64,000 nucleotides of DNA from Bacteroidota bacterium (GCA_036123135.1 JAZADZ010000102.1:7767-71766), one strand, 5' to 3'; shown: positions 29,102 to 40,900, counted from the first letter of the stretch. The notes: generated by a model not told the origin, from the letters alone. Translations and numbers: made by a program.

Positions 29102-29416
29102 ATGCTTGTTGATTTAACCACCGATACATTACAAAATGAAATTGACCAACACGAAAAAGTGTTGGTTCAATTTTCAGCTGGTTGGTGTGGAAATTGTAGG
29201 ATAATGAAACCCAAATTGAAAAAATTTGCCACGCAATTCGATTCCATTAAATTTTTCGTCATTGACGCAGAAAAAAATCCCATTTCAAGAAAACTAGCAA
29301 ATGTTGACAACTTACCTACGTTTGCTTTTTTTAAAAACGGGAAATTGGAAAATCAAGTTCAAACCAATAAAACTGATGTTTTATTAAATTTCGTTAATGA
29401 GGCTACCAATAATTAA
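29102..29416 (+). CDS. Thioredoxin-family protein
   Basis: WCGNCR active site. The ATG at 29102 is preferred, because the track start 29069 overlaps the peroxiredoxin gene. Confidence 0.8.
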   Translation: MLVDLTTDTLQNEIDQHEKVLVQFSAGWCGNCRIMKPKLKKFATQFDSIKFFVIDAEKNPISRKLANVDNLPTFAFFKNGKLENQVQTNKTDVLLNFVNEATNN

Positions 29417-29651
29417 ACACACCCTAAACTTCATTCAAGAAAATGACTCTGATTATATTGAAGAGTGTATTCAAGTACTAGAGCATTTAACGGACTCATC
29501 AAATATTAAAGACGAGGAAATTGACGTAATTGGAGAGCTGCTTTCTAATCTGTACGGAGCAATTGAAGTGAATCAGGCAATTGAGAATGGATCAAAACAG
29601 AAAGATGCCTTGAATGAATTTATGAAAAGAGTCCAAGGATCAATTGATTAA
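29397..29651 (+). CDS. Small acidic hypothetical protein
   Basis: 84-aa ORF overlapping the thioredoxin 3' end by 20 nt. No family recognised. Confidence 0.35.
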   Translation: MRLPIIKHTLNFIQENDSDYIEECIQVLEHLTDSSNIKDEEIDVIGELLSNLYGAIEVNQAIENGSKQKDALNEFMKRVQGSID

Positions 29652-29662
29652 GCTTTTTGTTA

Positions 29663-30745
29663 ATGAAAAAAGCACTAGTAATCTCTATTTTTTTCATTGA
29701 CCTCCTATCGTTTGCTCAAAATACGAAACCAATCTTTGCTCTGCTTGAGGACGAAAAATATCTAAAAAATGATGTTTTTATCGGGGCAAGCCTAAACCAT
29801 TTTCAGCTAAATGGCCCTATTGAAAATATTTTTCTCTCTGAGTTTCGATATCTTACACCTGCTAATGCATTTAAACAAACAAGAATACACCCAAAACCAA
29901 ATGTCTGGAAATGGGATAAATGTAACGATTTTTTAGAGTTCGCAAACAAACATAAATTAACCCTACGTATTCACGGTCCAATTAGTCCACAAGCATCAAA
30001 ATGGGCGAAAGATGACTCTAGGACTAAAGAGGAATTGAAAAGTGTTATGGAAGATTATTTCACAGCTCTTTGCAAAAGAATAAACAAGGAAAATACTGTC
30101 CGATGGATGGATGTTGTTAATGAAACTATCTTAAGAGATGGAAGATGGTTCAAAGAAAAACCTGGAATATCTAATTGGGAAAATCCATGGACTCAAATTG
30201 GTTTAACTGCTGAAGAAATACCCATTTATATTTTGCGTGCTTTCGAAATTGCAACTCAATATGCTCCAAATGTAAAATTGGTCTATAATCAAAATGGAGG
30301 GATGGAAAAAATAATGTGGGATAAAGTTATCTCTACCATAAAACTTCTAAAGTCAAAAGGGCTAAGAGTTGATGCTATTGGCTGGCAAGCACACCTTAGA
30401 TATGATAAGTTTAGTGATGATGATTTAAATCAACTTTCCTCTTTAATAGATTGGGCGCACGAAAACAATATGGAATTTCACATTACAGAGCTTAATTTAT
30501 GGGTGAAAGAAGAAAATTTTGATAAAAATGAAGTTAAAAATTGGCAAGCTGACACTTATTCGGAAATTTATGAACTTGCTCTTTCAAAAAAACAAAATGG
30601 TCCGGTAGTAATCAATCATTGGGGGCTTTTGGATAGAAAAGGAAACAATCAGCTGAATAAAAATATCTTAAGTCTTTATGACAATCAGTTTAACCCAAAT
30701 TTAGTGCTTGAACGGCTGAGGAATGTATTAGAAAATCAAAAGTAA
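29663..30745 (+). CDS. Glycoside hydrolase family 10-like (endo-beta-1,4-xylanase fold) secreted protein
   Basis: Signal peptide MKKALVISIFFIDLLSFAQ. WMDVVNE (acid/base Glu) and HITELN (nucleophile Glu) blocks. Confidence 0.65.
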   Translation: MKKALVISIFFIDLLSFAQNTKPIFALLEDEKYLKNDVFIGASLNHFQLNGPIENIFLSEFRYLTPANAFKQTRIHPKPNVWKWDKCNDFLEFANKHKLTLRIHGPISPQASKWAKDDSRTKEELKSVMEDYFTALCKRINKENTVRWMDVVNETILRDGRWFKEKPGISNWENPWTQIGLTAEEIPIYILRAFEIATQYAPNVKLVYNQNGGMEKIMWDKVISTIKLLKSKGLRVDAIGWQAHLRYDKFSDDDLNQLSSLIDWAHENNMEFHITELNLWVKEENFDKNEVKNWQADTYSEIYELALSKKQNGPVVINHWGLLDRKGNNQLNKNILSLYDNQFNPNLVLERLRNVLENQK

Positions 30746-30771
30746 ACACTACAATAGCATTCCAATACAAA

Positions 30772-32826
30772 CTATACCCTTACTCCCATGACACAAACAT
30801 CATCAAGCTGTTCATTATCCCCTTTCCAGTTTAAAAATTCTTTCTCAACAAGCTTTCCTTGTTGCTCGATTTCTTGAGAGCTAATTTCAAGAAGGAAATT
30901 TTTAAAATTGCTGTTTTTGTATTTTCGATTCCTATCTCCTCCAAATTGGTCCGCAAAACCATCGGTATATAAATAAATAACGTCCTTCTTTTTCAATTGT
31001 ATAATTTTTGAAGAAAATAAAATTCCCTTTCCTAAATAAAAACCAACTGGTCTTCGGTCACCTTTGTATTCATGAAGCTTACCCTCGCTTGCAATAACCA
31101 TTGAATTGTGAGCGCCTGAATACATCAGTTCGTTATTTGAAATGTTTAGTCTACACAAGATCATATCCATTCCATCTCTTTGAGAGTTCTCACCATTTAA
31201 AGATGAAAAAGAACTTTTGAGTTTTTCGCTCACTGCATCTAGAATTTTATTTGTTTTTATTAGCCCTTTTTCAACAATCATTTCATTTAGTAGTGAATTA
31301 CCGATCATACTCATCAAAGCACCAGGAACCCCATGACCAGTACAATCAATAACTGAAAAGTAAATGAAGTTTTCTTTAACATGCATCCAATAAAAATCTC
31401 CACTAACAAGTTCTTTGGGATTGTAATAAATAAAATTATTTGGAAGATGTGAAGAAATAAATTCTTTGGATGTTAAAACTGCCTCTTGTATTTTTTTTGC
31501 ATAGGAAATACTATCGGTGATTTCATTGTTCTTCTGCTCAACCAATTGTTTTTGTTTTTCCACAAGTTGCTTTTGCTCTCGTATGAATTTCAATCTTCTT
31601 AAGAGCAAAAATGACAAAACCAAAGCCAGAAATAAAATTCCAGAAATTAAATAATTGACAACATCTGAAGTCTTTTTCTCTTTAAGAATAATTTGTTGAT
31701 CGTATTTATTTTGAAGCATTGAAATGTTAGAGACTTTTTTTCTATTGTAAAGAGAGTCTTTATAGTGTGAATAAAGTTTGAAATACTTGAAAGATTTTTC
31801 AATCGAATCCCATTCTTGATATACTTTTGAAATTAGCTCATAGGAATTCATCAAACCCTCCTTGTCGTTAATGGTGTAAGCAGATTGAACGGAATTTTTT
31901 AAAAAGCGTATAGCATCTGAATAGTCTTTTTTTAAATAGAAATTATTTCCAATGCCCTGTTGATTTCTAATTTTTCCCCATGTATTAGAATGTAGTTTTG
32001 TAATTTCAAGCGATTTCATGTAATTATCAATCGATTTATCGTAATCTTTAAGGTTAAAATAAAAATCACCAAGCTTTGTCAATACATATGATTCTGCATT
32101 CAGATTGAACGTAACCTTACTTAATCGCAAGGCTTCATTAAAATTTTTTCGAGCTTCATCGAAATTTCCTAGATGATTGTATACATTTCCCAAGTAAGCG
32201 TAAGATCTTGATAATTCTAAAAAGTCTTTATTTTCTTCTTTAATCTGAACTGAATTAGTGAGATTTTCTAACGCAGAATTATAATCTCCAAAAATATCGT
32301 TGATGTCTCCAATGGTCTCGTATACTCTTCCTATACCAATGGAAAAATTCTCCTTCTCAAAAATAGTTTTTGCTTTCAATAGTAAATTCATACTATGCTC
32401 GTAATTCCCTCTACCATTTGATGTTCTTGCCATGAGCCGATAACATGACCCTAATCCAATCTGATTGTTTGCTTTTTCAAAATAATTTATAGCGCTGTCA
32501 TAATACGCTTCGGAAGCTAAATAATTGTCAACTCGAAAAGAATAATATCCTAAATTTAAATAGCTCTGAGCTACACCATCCAAATAGTTACTTTCAAGTG
32601 CTAGTTGTAATGCTTGTTTTGAATAAGTGGAAGAATTTTGAGGTAAATAGTAAATGTAAAATCTGCTCAATTTATTTAGTTCGTTTACCTTATTTTGGAT
32701 TGATTTTGGTGAATGTATAATTTCATCTGCTGAATGGTTGGTTGGGCCTTGAGAAGAAACGAAACTTAAGTAAAGAGAAAAACTAAAAAGGAGAACATAA
32801 TTTTTCATTACATCCAATTTAAACAT
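30772..32826 (-). CDS. TPR-repeat sensor with one transmembrane helix and C-terminal PP2C/SpoIIE-type phosphatase domain
   Basis: Signal peptide, about 8 TPR-like units, TM helix (ISGILFLALVLSFLLL), coiled coil, then YAKKIQEAVL...SGDFYWM...DCTGHGVPGALMS...TDGFADQFGG...DDVCVMGVRV. Confidence 0.8.
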   Translation of the reverse strand: MFKLDVMKNYVLLFSFSLYLSFVSSQGPTNHSADEIIHSPKSIQNKVNELNKLSRFYIYYLPQNSSTYSKQALQLALESNYLDGVAQSYLNLGYYSFRVDNYLASEAYYDSAINYFEKANNQIGLGSCYRLMARTSNGRGNYEHSMNLLLKAKTIFEKENFSIGIGRVYETIGDINDIFGDYNSALENLTNSVQIKEENKDFLELSRSYAYLGNVYNHLGNFDEARKNFNEALRLSKVTFNLNAESYVLTKLGDFYFNLKDYDKSIDNYMKSLEITKLHSNTWGKIRNQQGIGNNFYLKKDYSDAIRFLKNSVQSAYTINDKEGLMNSYELISKVYQEWDSIEKSFKYFKLYSHYKDSLYNRKKVSNISMLQNKYDQQIILKEKKTSDVVNYLISGILFLALVLSFLLLRRLKFIREQKQLVEKQKQLVEQKNNEITDSISYAKKIQEAVLTSKEFISSHLPNNFIYYNPKELVSGDFYWMHVKENFIYFSVIDCTGHGVPGALMSMIGNSLLNEMIVEKGLIKTNKILDAVSEKLKSSFSSLNGENSQRDGMDMILCRLNISNNELMYSGAHNSMVIASEGKLHEYKGDRRPVGFYLGKGILFSSKIIQLKKKDVIYLYTDGFADQFGGDRNRKYKNSNFKNFLLEISSQEIEQQGKLVEKEFLNWKGDNEQLDDVCVMGVRV

Positions 32827-32862
32827 TAAAAAAGTATTCTAGAAAATATTATTCAAATAATA

Positions 32863-32890
32863 CAAAAAAGCCACCCAATCGGATGGCTTT
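32863..32890 (-). terminator. Intrinsic terminator downstream of tRNA-Ser (aagccatcc / gggtggctt followed by a T-run on the minus strand)
   Basis: Hairpin plus TTTTTT read on the minus strand, 6 nt after the tRNA 3' end. Confidence 0.6.
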
Positions 32891-32895
32891 CTGAG

Positions 32896-32979
32896 CGGAG
32901 AGACTGGGACTCGAACCCAGGCAACGATTGCTCGTTGACAGCTTAGCAGGCTGTTGCATTACCACTCTGCCACCTCTCC
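32896..32979 (-). tRNA. tRNA-Ser (anticodon GCT)
   Basis: Hand-folded cloverleaf. Acceptor GGAGAGG/TCTCTCC, anticodon stem ACAGC/GCTGT with loop CTGCTAA, long variable arm CAACGAGCAATCGTTGC, T-arm CTGGG-TTCGAGT-CCCAG, discriminator G. No CCA is encoded. Confidence 0.9.
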
Positions 32980-33101
32980 CTATAAAAATCAATTGAGTGC
33001 AAAAATAACACAGTTTTTGAATTCAACAACAAGTCTTTTTTGCTTATGGATAAAAAAAGACAAATTTTAAAAAATCTCAAACTTTAAATGCAACTATTAA
33101 T

Positions 33102-33109
33102 TAAATTTG
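33102..33109 (+). promoter_or_regulatory. Candidate -7 box TAAATTTG upstream of the thiolase gene
   Basis: Exact TAnnTTTG match 38 nt upstream of the ATG at 33147. Confidence 0.35.
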
Positions 33110-33146
33110 CTTTTCAATAAAATCAAAAAAACATAAGTTAAATTCT

Positions 33147-34322
33147 ATGAGAGAAGTTGTAATTATCTCTGCAGTAAGAACACCAATGGGTAGCTTTGGA
33201 GGAGGTTTATCCTCTGTCAATGCACCAACCCTTGGTGCCACAGCTATTAAAGGAGCCATACAAAAAGCAAACATTAGTCCTGAAATAATTGAAGAAGTTT
33301 TTATGGGAAATGTGTTGCAAGCCAATCTTGGACAAGCCCCTGCTAGACAAGCTGCAATGTATGCTGGAATCGGTAAAAACGTTCCATGTACAACTGTAAA
33401 TAAAGTATGTGCATCTGGGATGAAAGCAATTAGTCTTGCAGTTCAAGCTATCAAATGTTCTGATGCTGATGTTGTTGTTGCTGGAGGAATGGAAAATATG
33501 TCTATGGTTCCTCACTATTACTCTGCAAGAAATGCTACTAAATTGGGCGACACCAAAATGACCGATGGAATGGTTAAAGATGGACTTACTGATGCTTATC
33601 ATAAAACCCATATGGGCGTTTCTGCCGATAAATGCGCTGTAGATCACAACATCTCAAGAGAAGACCAGGATAACTTTGCTATAGAATCTTACCAAAGAGC
33701 AGCCAATGCATGGGAGCAGGGTAAGTTTGATAATGAAGTTATCCCAGTTGAAGTTCCTCAGCGAAGAGGAGAACCAATAATAATTCAAAAAGATGAGGAA
33801 TACTCAAACGTTAAAATGGATAAGCTTCCTAAGCTTCGCGCTGTATTTTCTAAAGAAGGGACTGTGACTGCTGCCAATGCATCAACACTAAATGATGGAG
33901 CCTCCGCACTCATTTTAATGAGCAAAGAAAAAGCTGAAAAGCTCGGTCTTCAACCCATTGCTAAAATTTTGAGTTACGCAGATGCGGCTCAAGAACCTGA
34001 ACTATTTACCACTTCCCCATCTGTTGCTATTCCAAAAGCACTTAAAAAAGCGAATCTTAGTATAGATGACATAGACTATTGGGAACTCAATCAAGCTTTT
34101 TCTGTTGTGGGTTTAGCAAACTGCAAAAAACTTGGCTTAAATCCATCTAAAGTTGACGTTAATGGAGGAGCTGTAGCACTTGGTCACCCTTTAGGAAGTA
34201 GTGGATCAAGGATTATTGTAACATTAATCAATGTATTGAAACAGAATAAAGGAAAATTCGGTGCAGCTGGAATCTGTAATGGTGGTGGTGGCGCTTCTGC
34301 AATGGTTATTGAAAATTTATAA
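33147..34322 (+). CDS. Acetyl-CoA C-acetyltransferase (thiolase II)
   Basis: VVIISAVRTPMGSFGG, active-site NKVCASGMKA, C-terminal GICNGGGGASAMVIE. Confidence 0.95.
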   Translation: MREVVIISAVRTPMGSFGGGLSSVNAPTLGATAIKGAIQKANISPEIIEEVFMGNVLQANLGQAPARQAAMYAGIGKNVPCTTVNKVCASGMKAISLAVQAIKCSDADVVVAGGMENMSMVPHYYSARNATKLGDTKMTDGMVKDGLTDAYHKTHMGVSADKCAVDHNISREDQDNFAIESYQRAANAWEQGKFDNEVIPVEVPQRRGEPIIIQKDEEYSNVKMDKLPKLRAVFSKEGTVTAANASTLNDGASALILMSKEKAEKLGLQPIAKILSYADAAQEPELFTTSPSVAIPKALKKANLSIDDIDYWELNQAFSVVGLANCKKLGLNPSKVDVNGGAVALGHPLGSSGSRIIVTLINVLKQNKGKFGAAGICNGGGGASAMVIENL

Positions 34323-34331
34323 CCCTAATTT

Positions 34332-34817
34332 TTGAAACAACTTTGTATTATTCGTCATGGAAAATCTGACTGGGGAAATCCCTTTTTAGACGACTTTGAT
34401 AGGCCTTTAAACAATAGGGGACATTTAGATGCCAAAAAAATCGGAACTTTTTTAGCCAACAACTGCATTGCTGAAAAAATTATTTCATCTTCTGCAAAAA
34501 GAGCTATCAATACTGCATACTTAATTGCAACTCAGCTGAATTACGACAAAAAAGATATTGTTCAAACCAAAACACTTTATCATGCTTCACTTGAAGTTCT
34601 TATTAAAACCATTCATAGCACAGATGATGATGTAAATACATTATACATTATAGGACATAATCCTGGACTATCAAGTTTATGTGGGTATTTAACAGACGAA
34701 TATTTGGAGCTTAAAACGTGTTGTGTAGCAGTGTTACAATCGGATCTAAGTTCATGGAAAAATTGGGTTCGAGGGGTGGCCATCTTACACCAATACATTT
34801 CGCCAAAGGACATGTAA
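34332..34817 (+). CDS. Histidine phosphatase family protein (SixA-like)
   Basis: RHG motif (CIIRHGKS) and later GHNP. Confidence 0.7.
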   Translation: MKQLCIIRHGKSDWGNPFLDDFDRPLNNRGHLDAKKIGTFLANNCIAEKIISSSAKRAINTAYLIATQLNYDKKDIVQTKTLYHASLEVLIKTIHSTDDDVNTLYIIGHNPGLSSLCGYLTDEYLELKTCCVAVLQSDLSSWKNWVRGVAILHQYISPKDM

Positions 34818-34833
34818 ACTAAAAAAATCGAGC

Positions 34834-35901
34834 CTAAACAGATTCTATCCAGCCAAAAGTGTCTTCAGTAGCACCTTTCTTGTAGTCAATAAGATGTTTT
34901 AAAATTTTAGAGGAAAAACTTTCTTGATCTGAAGTTGGAAGAATGTAGTCCTGACCATTGAAATGAATTTTATTAATTGGAGCAATGGTAGCAGCAGTTC
35001 CAGCACCGAAAGCTTCTTGCATTGTTCCATTTTCAAAAGAGCTGATGATTTCCTGCACTGAAATCCGACGTTCTTCAACTTCAACTCCCCAAGAGCGAGC
35101 GATGTCAAGAATACTTCTTTTAGTAATTCCGTCCAGAATAGTATCGCCAGACATTGGACTTAATAATTTTCCATTTACCATGAAGATAATATTCATTGTC
35201 CCAGACTCTTCAATGTATTTGTGTTCTTTAGCATCGGTCCATATGAGCTGAGTAAACCCTTGGTCTTGTCCCAACTTTGCAGGAAACAATGCTGCAGCAT
35301 AATTACCAGCAGCTTTTGCAAATCCTGTCCCACCACTAACTGCTCTTGAGTATTTTGTTTCAATTTTTACAGGAACAGAAGAACTGTAATATGCACCCAC
35401 AGGACAGGTGAAAATCATGAACTTGTAGGTAACAGAGGGACGAATTCCTACATACGGGTCAGTAGCAAATAAAAAAGGTCGTATGTATAAAGAATACCCT
35501 TCCAAAGAAGGTACCCATCCGCGATCAACGTTTAATAAAGATTTTAATGCTTCCAAAAACAAGTCTTCGGGCACATCAGGCATACACATTCTGTTGGCAG
35601 AAATATTAAGTCGTTTTATGTTGTCGTTGGCTCTGAAAAGTAATACGTTTCCTGAAGAATCCTTGTGAGCTTTCATTCCTTCAAAACAACTTTGTCCATA
35701 ATGCAATACAGAAGTTGCTGGGGAAATTGATATATCTCCATACGGGATAATTTCAGGATTCTGCCATTGACCATTGCTGTATTCCATTGTAAACATATGA
35801 TCTGAAAAAACCTTTCCAAAAGGTAGGTTTTCCAAATCGACATTGGGTAATCTAGAATGAGCTACTTTATGAATATTGATTTTAGCAATGTCTTCCACCA
35901 T
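34834..35901 (-). CDS. ilvE: Branched-chain amino acid aminotransferase (class IV)
   Basis: Length and blocks (LHYGQSCFEGMKA, YIRPF, GTGFAKAAGNYAA, EESGTMNIF, GTAATIAPI). Confidence 0.9.
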   Translation of the reverse strand: MVEDIAKINIHKVAHSRLPNVDLENLPFGKVFSDHMFTMEYSNGQWQNPEIIPYGDISISPATSVLHYGQSCFEGMKAHKDSSGNVLLFRANDNIKRLNISANRMCMPDVPEDLFLEALKSLLNVDRGWVPSLEGYSLYIRPFLFATDPYVGIRPSVTYKFMIFTCPVGAYYSSSVPVKIETKYSRAVSGGTGFAKAAGNYAAALFPAKLGQDQGFTQLIWTDAKEHKYIEESGTMNIIFMVNGKLLSPMSGDTILDGITKRSILDIARSWGVEVEERRISVQEIISSFENGTMQEAFGAGTAATIAPINKIHFNGQDYILPTSDQESFSSKILKHLIDYKKGATEDTFGWIESV

Positions 35902-36014
35902 TGAGCCTGATTTTAGAGCACGAATTTAATAAATTTAAGCAGACTATTAACTTAATTTTAACGTAAATTAAATGTTTAAAATAAATCACTCCTTTTATAT
36001 AGAAAAATATCAAA

Positions 36015-37922
36015 TTGAGTAAGTCTTACACGCAAATATTGAATGATTATTGGGGGTTCAAGACGTTTAGAGGCAGCCAACAATTAATTATTGAAAATAT
36101 CATCGCTAGCAAAGATACACTTGCTCTTCTTCCAACTGGAGGAGGAAAGTCTATTTGCTTTCAAGTACCAGCTATTGTTCGGGATGGGATTTGTATTGTA
36201 ATATCTCCTTTGATTGCACTAATGATAGACCAAGTAAAAGGCCTAAAAAAAAGAAAAATAAAAGCAGAGTGCATTCATGCAGATTTAAACAATAATGAAA
36301 TTGATAGAATTTTAGACAACTGCATTTTTGGGAACGTTAAGCTCTTGTATTTATCACCTGAAAGAATTTCAAGTCAACTTTTTTTGGAACGATTCAAAAG
36401 AATGAATGTTAGCTTCATTGCGGTTGATGAAGCTCATTGTATATCGCAATGGGGATATGATTTCAGACCTTCTTATTTAAAGATCAAAGACTTAAAAAAG
36501 ATATTTCCCAGTTTAGCTTTTCTTGCTCTAACAGCAACAGCTACTCCAAAGGTTTGTGAAGACATTCAACAACAACTTGAATTTAAAGAAAATAACATAG
36601 TTCAAGATTCTTTTAAAAGACAAAATTTATCCTACAATGTTATTTTCCCTAAAGATAAATATTTGTATACCCTAAAACTGATTAATAAACATAAAAAGCA
36701 ATCTACGATTATTTACGTTCGAACTAGAAAAGCATGTAAGGTTCTATTTAACCTTTTGAGAAAAAACAACATAGATTGCACGTATTACCATGCTGGGCTT
36801 GAACCAACAAGAAAAACAGCTGCTCAAAATAATTGGTCTTCTGGAAAAGTTAATGTTATGATAGCAACAAGTGCTTTTGGAATGGGAATTGATAAAGAGG
36901 ATGTTCGAGCAGTAATAAATTTTGATGTACCTGAATCTATTGAAGCATACTTTCAAGAAGCGGGAAGAGCTGGAAGGGACTCTAAGAAAGCTTTTTCATA
37001 TTTATTGGTTCAAAAAAAAGACGAGCAGAACTTAGTAAACAGAATCCATTCTAGTTACCCTAGCGAAACTAAAATTAAAAATACATACCAAAAATTTTGT
37101 AACATTCATCAGATTGCTTTGGGAAGTGGGCAAAATCACTTCTATGAATTAAGCTACTCTGATATTTCAGCTAAAACAGACTTAAGTAATTTGGAAGTCT
37201 ACCATGCTTTTAGGCTACTTGAACGTTCAGGATATGTTCAACTCAATAGCACTTCATATAATTCAAGTACAGTGATGATCATTTGCTCAAGAGATACGCT
37301 ACTTAATTTTACAAAATTAAATCCCAGTAGTTCTCTTATTCTAGAATGTCTGATCCGTTCATACTCTGGTTTATTCAACAGCTCAACTAAAATTAGCGAA
37401 GTTCAAATTGCTAAAAGAGTAAATAAAAGCGTCGAACAAATTACCAAGCAATTAGCAGAGCTAAACAAATTAAAAATAATTTCTTACGAGAAAAGTTCTA
37501 GTAATTTAAAATTAATGCTTGCGCTTCCCAGAGTAAAAAGTGAATCGATTGTACTTTCTCCTGAAGTATATACCAATCGCAAAAAAGCTGACCTTAAAAG
37601 AGTAAATAGAATTCTTGACTTCGGATTTAATGCTTCCGAGTGCAGAGAAAGACTCATTTTAAACTATTTTGGCGAAAAGACTGAGCACAACTGCAACAAC
37701 TGCGACAATTGTATTAAAAACAAGAACTCATCTAGGAAAAATAATTTATTGAATCATGTTGAACAACTAACAGAATCGCCAATCGAAGCAGATGCACTGT
37801 ATGAAGAACTATCGACACAGTTTCATAAAAAAGATATAGACCAAATTGTAAGACGAATGCTAGAGCACGATAAACTAAAAATAAATGCGCTTAATTTGAT
37901 TGTAAAAAATCCTACTTACTAA
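36015..37922 (+). CDS. recQ: RecQ-family ATP-dependent DNA helicase
   Basis: LLPTGGGKSICFQVPA (Walker A), DEAHCISQWGYDFRPSY (DEAH), TATAT, IATSAFGMGIDK, and a C-terminal Cys cluster (CNNCDNC). Confidence 0.85.
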   Translation: MSKSYTQILNDYWGFKTFRGSQQLIIENIIASKDTLALLPTGGGKSICFQVPAIVRDGICIVISPLIALMIDQVKGLKKRKIKAECIHADLNNNEIDRILDNCIFGNVKLLYLSPERISSQLFLERFKRMNVSFIAVDEAHCISQWGYDFRPSYLKIKDLKKIFPSLAFLALTATATPKVCEDIQQQLEFKENNIVQDSFKRQNLSYNVIFPKDKYLYTLKLINKHKKQSTIIYVRTRKACKVLFNLLRKNNIDCTYYHAGLEPTRKTAAQNNWSSGKVNVMIATSAFGMGIDKEDVRAVINFDVPESIEAYFQEAGRAGRDSKKAFSYLLVQKKDEQNLVNRIHSSYPSETKIKNTYQKFCNIHQIALGSGQNHFYELSYSDISAKTDLSNLEVYHAFRLLERSGYVQLNSTSYNSSTVMIICSRDTLLNFTKLNPSSSLILECLIRSYSGLFNSSTKISEVQIAKRVNKSVEQITKQLAELNKLKIISYEKSSSNLKLMLALPRVKSESIVLSPEVYTNRKKADLKRVNRILDFGFNASECRERLILNYFGEKTEHNCNNCDNCIKNKNSSRKNNLLNHVEQLTESPIEADALYEELSTQFHKKDIDQIVRRMLEHDKLKINALNLIVKNPTY

Positions 37923-40900
37923 CTTCTTTGCACTGTCTTCTACCCTCTTTGTTTTGGCAGCTTTGACATTCCTTACTTTTAGCTTTAAATAAATTCCCTA
38001 GTTCACAAAAGAGCTCACCAAAATTATTAAAGCTCTGCTTGTAAAAGACACCCAATCCCTGAGTGTAAGCAGATTGTTCTATGTTGGTAAAATCATAAGC
38101 ATTGGATTGATTGAAAGCATGCACCCTTAAATTACCCTCAGAATTGAGCTTATACTCTACATCAACATCTCCTATGAAACTTGAAGGGTTTTTATTTAGG
38201 CTATTCCCTTGAGAAACTCCTAAATTGGTTTCGAACGTTAACCTGTTGTTGAATTGTTGAGTTGACATTGCTACCGAAACCTCATCGTTACTTATGTTAT
38301 CGCCAGGACTGTAGTTGAATCCAATATCAAAATCATCTGAGAATTTTGAGATCATATTACTCAATTGACTTGATAACATTTCACTTGTAGTGGATAGTGA
38401 TAAATCTAGCGTAGCATTAGAAATTTCCGGTCTGTCGGTCATAAATTTATTTAAGATCAACAATGAAAATACTTGTTGATTCATTTCTTGTTCTGAGCTA
38501 ACTAGGCTTCGAATTGCAGTTTTAGCTGATTCTGTTCCTCTGGGCATTTCAATATCAAAATCAATTTCGGGATTAAATAAATTTTCTGTTAAATGCATCA
38601 GCACATTAATGTCTTTTTTTTGTTTCCAATCCTCTTTTTCGTTAGGTGGCATAATGTCGTATAAACTTGTTTTCAAGGGATAATAGGTAATTAAATCCAA
38701 CTCAGCATTGTATGGGTCTCCATACCAACTTATAGAGCCCCCGGATTGAAGCTTGAATTTTTTATTTATAAAATCTTTCAATGTGAATAAATAACTTCCT
38801 TGTGAAACATTAAACTGGCCAAACATTGAAAAATCATTGAACTGGTCTATGACCATATCCAAATGCCCTTTACCATTTCCAATCATTGCATCACCCACAA
38901 TCTCATCGAAAACAAGCTGAAATTGAGCATCTTCCGTTAAATCAATTCCAAGATTCATTTTAATACCCTCAAGAGAAACCTCATAATTTCCTTCTTGATT
39001 TTCAGTGCCTTCAAAAGAAATAAAATCTTGAAGAACAACATCCTCAGATCCATACAAAGGGAGTGTTAAATTAGTGCCTTTTTCAGTTTTTGCATCCACA
39101 TTAATTCTGAGTAAGTTAATGCTATCATACTCCATCATTACATCTCCAGTTATAAAAGCGTCTCCATAGTACAATGGATTCATTTTATAAGAAGTATTCA
39201 TTGCCATAAATGGTTGATTAAAAGATGCGAAAAAATCATAGCTGTAACGCGAAAAGTTGTGGTGATAAAATGACCCAACTGCAATTCCTTGAGTTCCAAA
39301 TTTGTCTTCAACTTTAATTCCATTGAACTCCACCATGTCAGGTAGAACATTAATTTCGCCTTCAGCTAAATACATTGTATTTAAAATATCTAAGTTGATG
39401 GAGGACTCTTTTAAAGAAAGGGTTCCATTCAATTCAGGAACAGTAAATGTTCCTTCAAGATTGAGCTCTCCATCCAATTTTCCACTAAAATTTGAAAGAA
39501 CATCTTTTGGTAAGAAAGGATCTATAAATCCAATGTTAAAATCGTTTAGCTCAAATCTAACGTTAAGAGAACTGTCCATCTTAAGCGGATAATAATAACT
39601 TTCTTTAAAGTTGATTCCTCTTGAATCTTCTCCATTAGATTCCAATAAACCACCAATTAGCTCAATTCTATTTTCTTTGGGATTCCATTTTGATTCAGAA
39701 AAGAAATCACCCAAAAGCAGATTGTTAACTATCAAAGAATCTACAGTTGTGACTGCATCAAAGTATACTGCTCCATACAAATCTGAGATGTTTCCTTTGG
39801 AGTTTAATAAACCAGAAAAACCAAGTTCATCAACTGAAAGAAGCTTTTCAAAATCATTTAGCTCGATATTTTGAATGTTAAAATTTAGTAGATCAAGGGG
39901 ATTTTCAGAGATTTTACCATCCAATAAAGCCATTTGATTTTCATTGGAAATTACAACATCGTGAAATTCAATTGAAGATGAATCGACTTTTAAAAACATA
40001 CTGTCTCCAAAACTCCAGTAACCTGCTTTCTCGGAGCGAATTGAAGAGGGTAAAAATTGAACTTCAAACTCATCAGGACCATGAATACGCATTCCACCCA
40101 AAAGTTGTCCGCTATATGTGGAATCATCATCTTTCCATGTTAAATCAAAATCAATACTATCATTATAAGCACTTGATGATAAGTTGATGTTTTGAAGAAA
40201 AAATTTATCTCTTAAAATAATGGAGTCAATAGAAAATTCTATGTTGTAGCTGGAATCTGAAAGCTCAAGAGTAGTTGAAGTATCCAGTTCAATGCTCGAA
40301 AATCGGATTCCATTGTACTCAATCCAATCCGATGTTGTATACAATTCTAGCATTTCATCATCACTATTGAACGAGCATTTAACTTTTGAATCTTTAGAAA
40401 CACTGAGCTTTGGAAAAAAAAGTTCTGTCAATTTGGTTAGATCATTAATTTTTAAGTCCATCAAAAAATCATCGTGAGCCACAAATGATTCATTTTTTTG
40501 AGGCAAAATGCTTGGGAATACTTTGGAACCAAGCTGATATAGATTAACAGCCAGAGTGTCAAAGTCAAAAGAACCTCCCATTTTAAACTCGGCAAATTTA
40601 GAATACAGCTCAAGATTATGACTGTATGCATTGCTTTGTGAATCAAAAAGGATTGAATCAAAATAGTAGTCTCTACCCTCTTCATAATACCCAATATTGC
40701 GCACTTCAACCATTCCAGAAAAATCATCAAAAGTATTTCCGAATCCAGAGGCAAATAGGTTAAAACACAAAGAGGAAGATTCTCTAGAGTCAATTACATT
40801 TAATTCATACAGATGCGCTTTTTGAACGTCGACATTAAAATAGAATTGAATTGGATTTTGAGACAAATCAAATTCTCCAGTAAAAAACAAATCAATGTTG

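Noticed and set aside
33207-33647. 146-aa ORF antisense to the thiolase gene
   Set aside because: The thiolase frame has unmistakable conserved motifs. The antisense product has no motifs and is Ser/Cys/His-rich, as expected from antisense translation.
39302-40793. Several 61-110-aa ORFs on both strands inside tamB
   Set aside because: They are embedded in the continuous 1502-aa TamB-like ORF and have no independent support.
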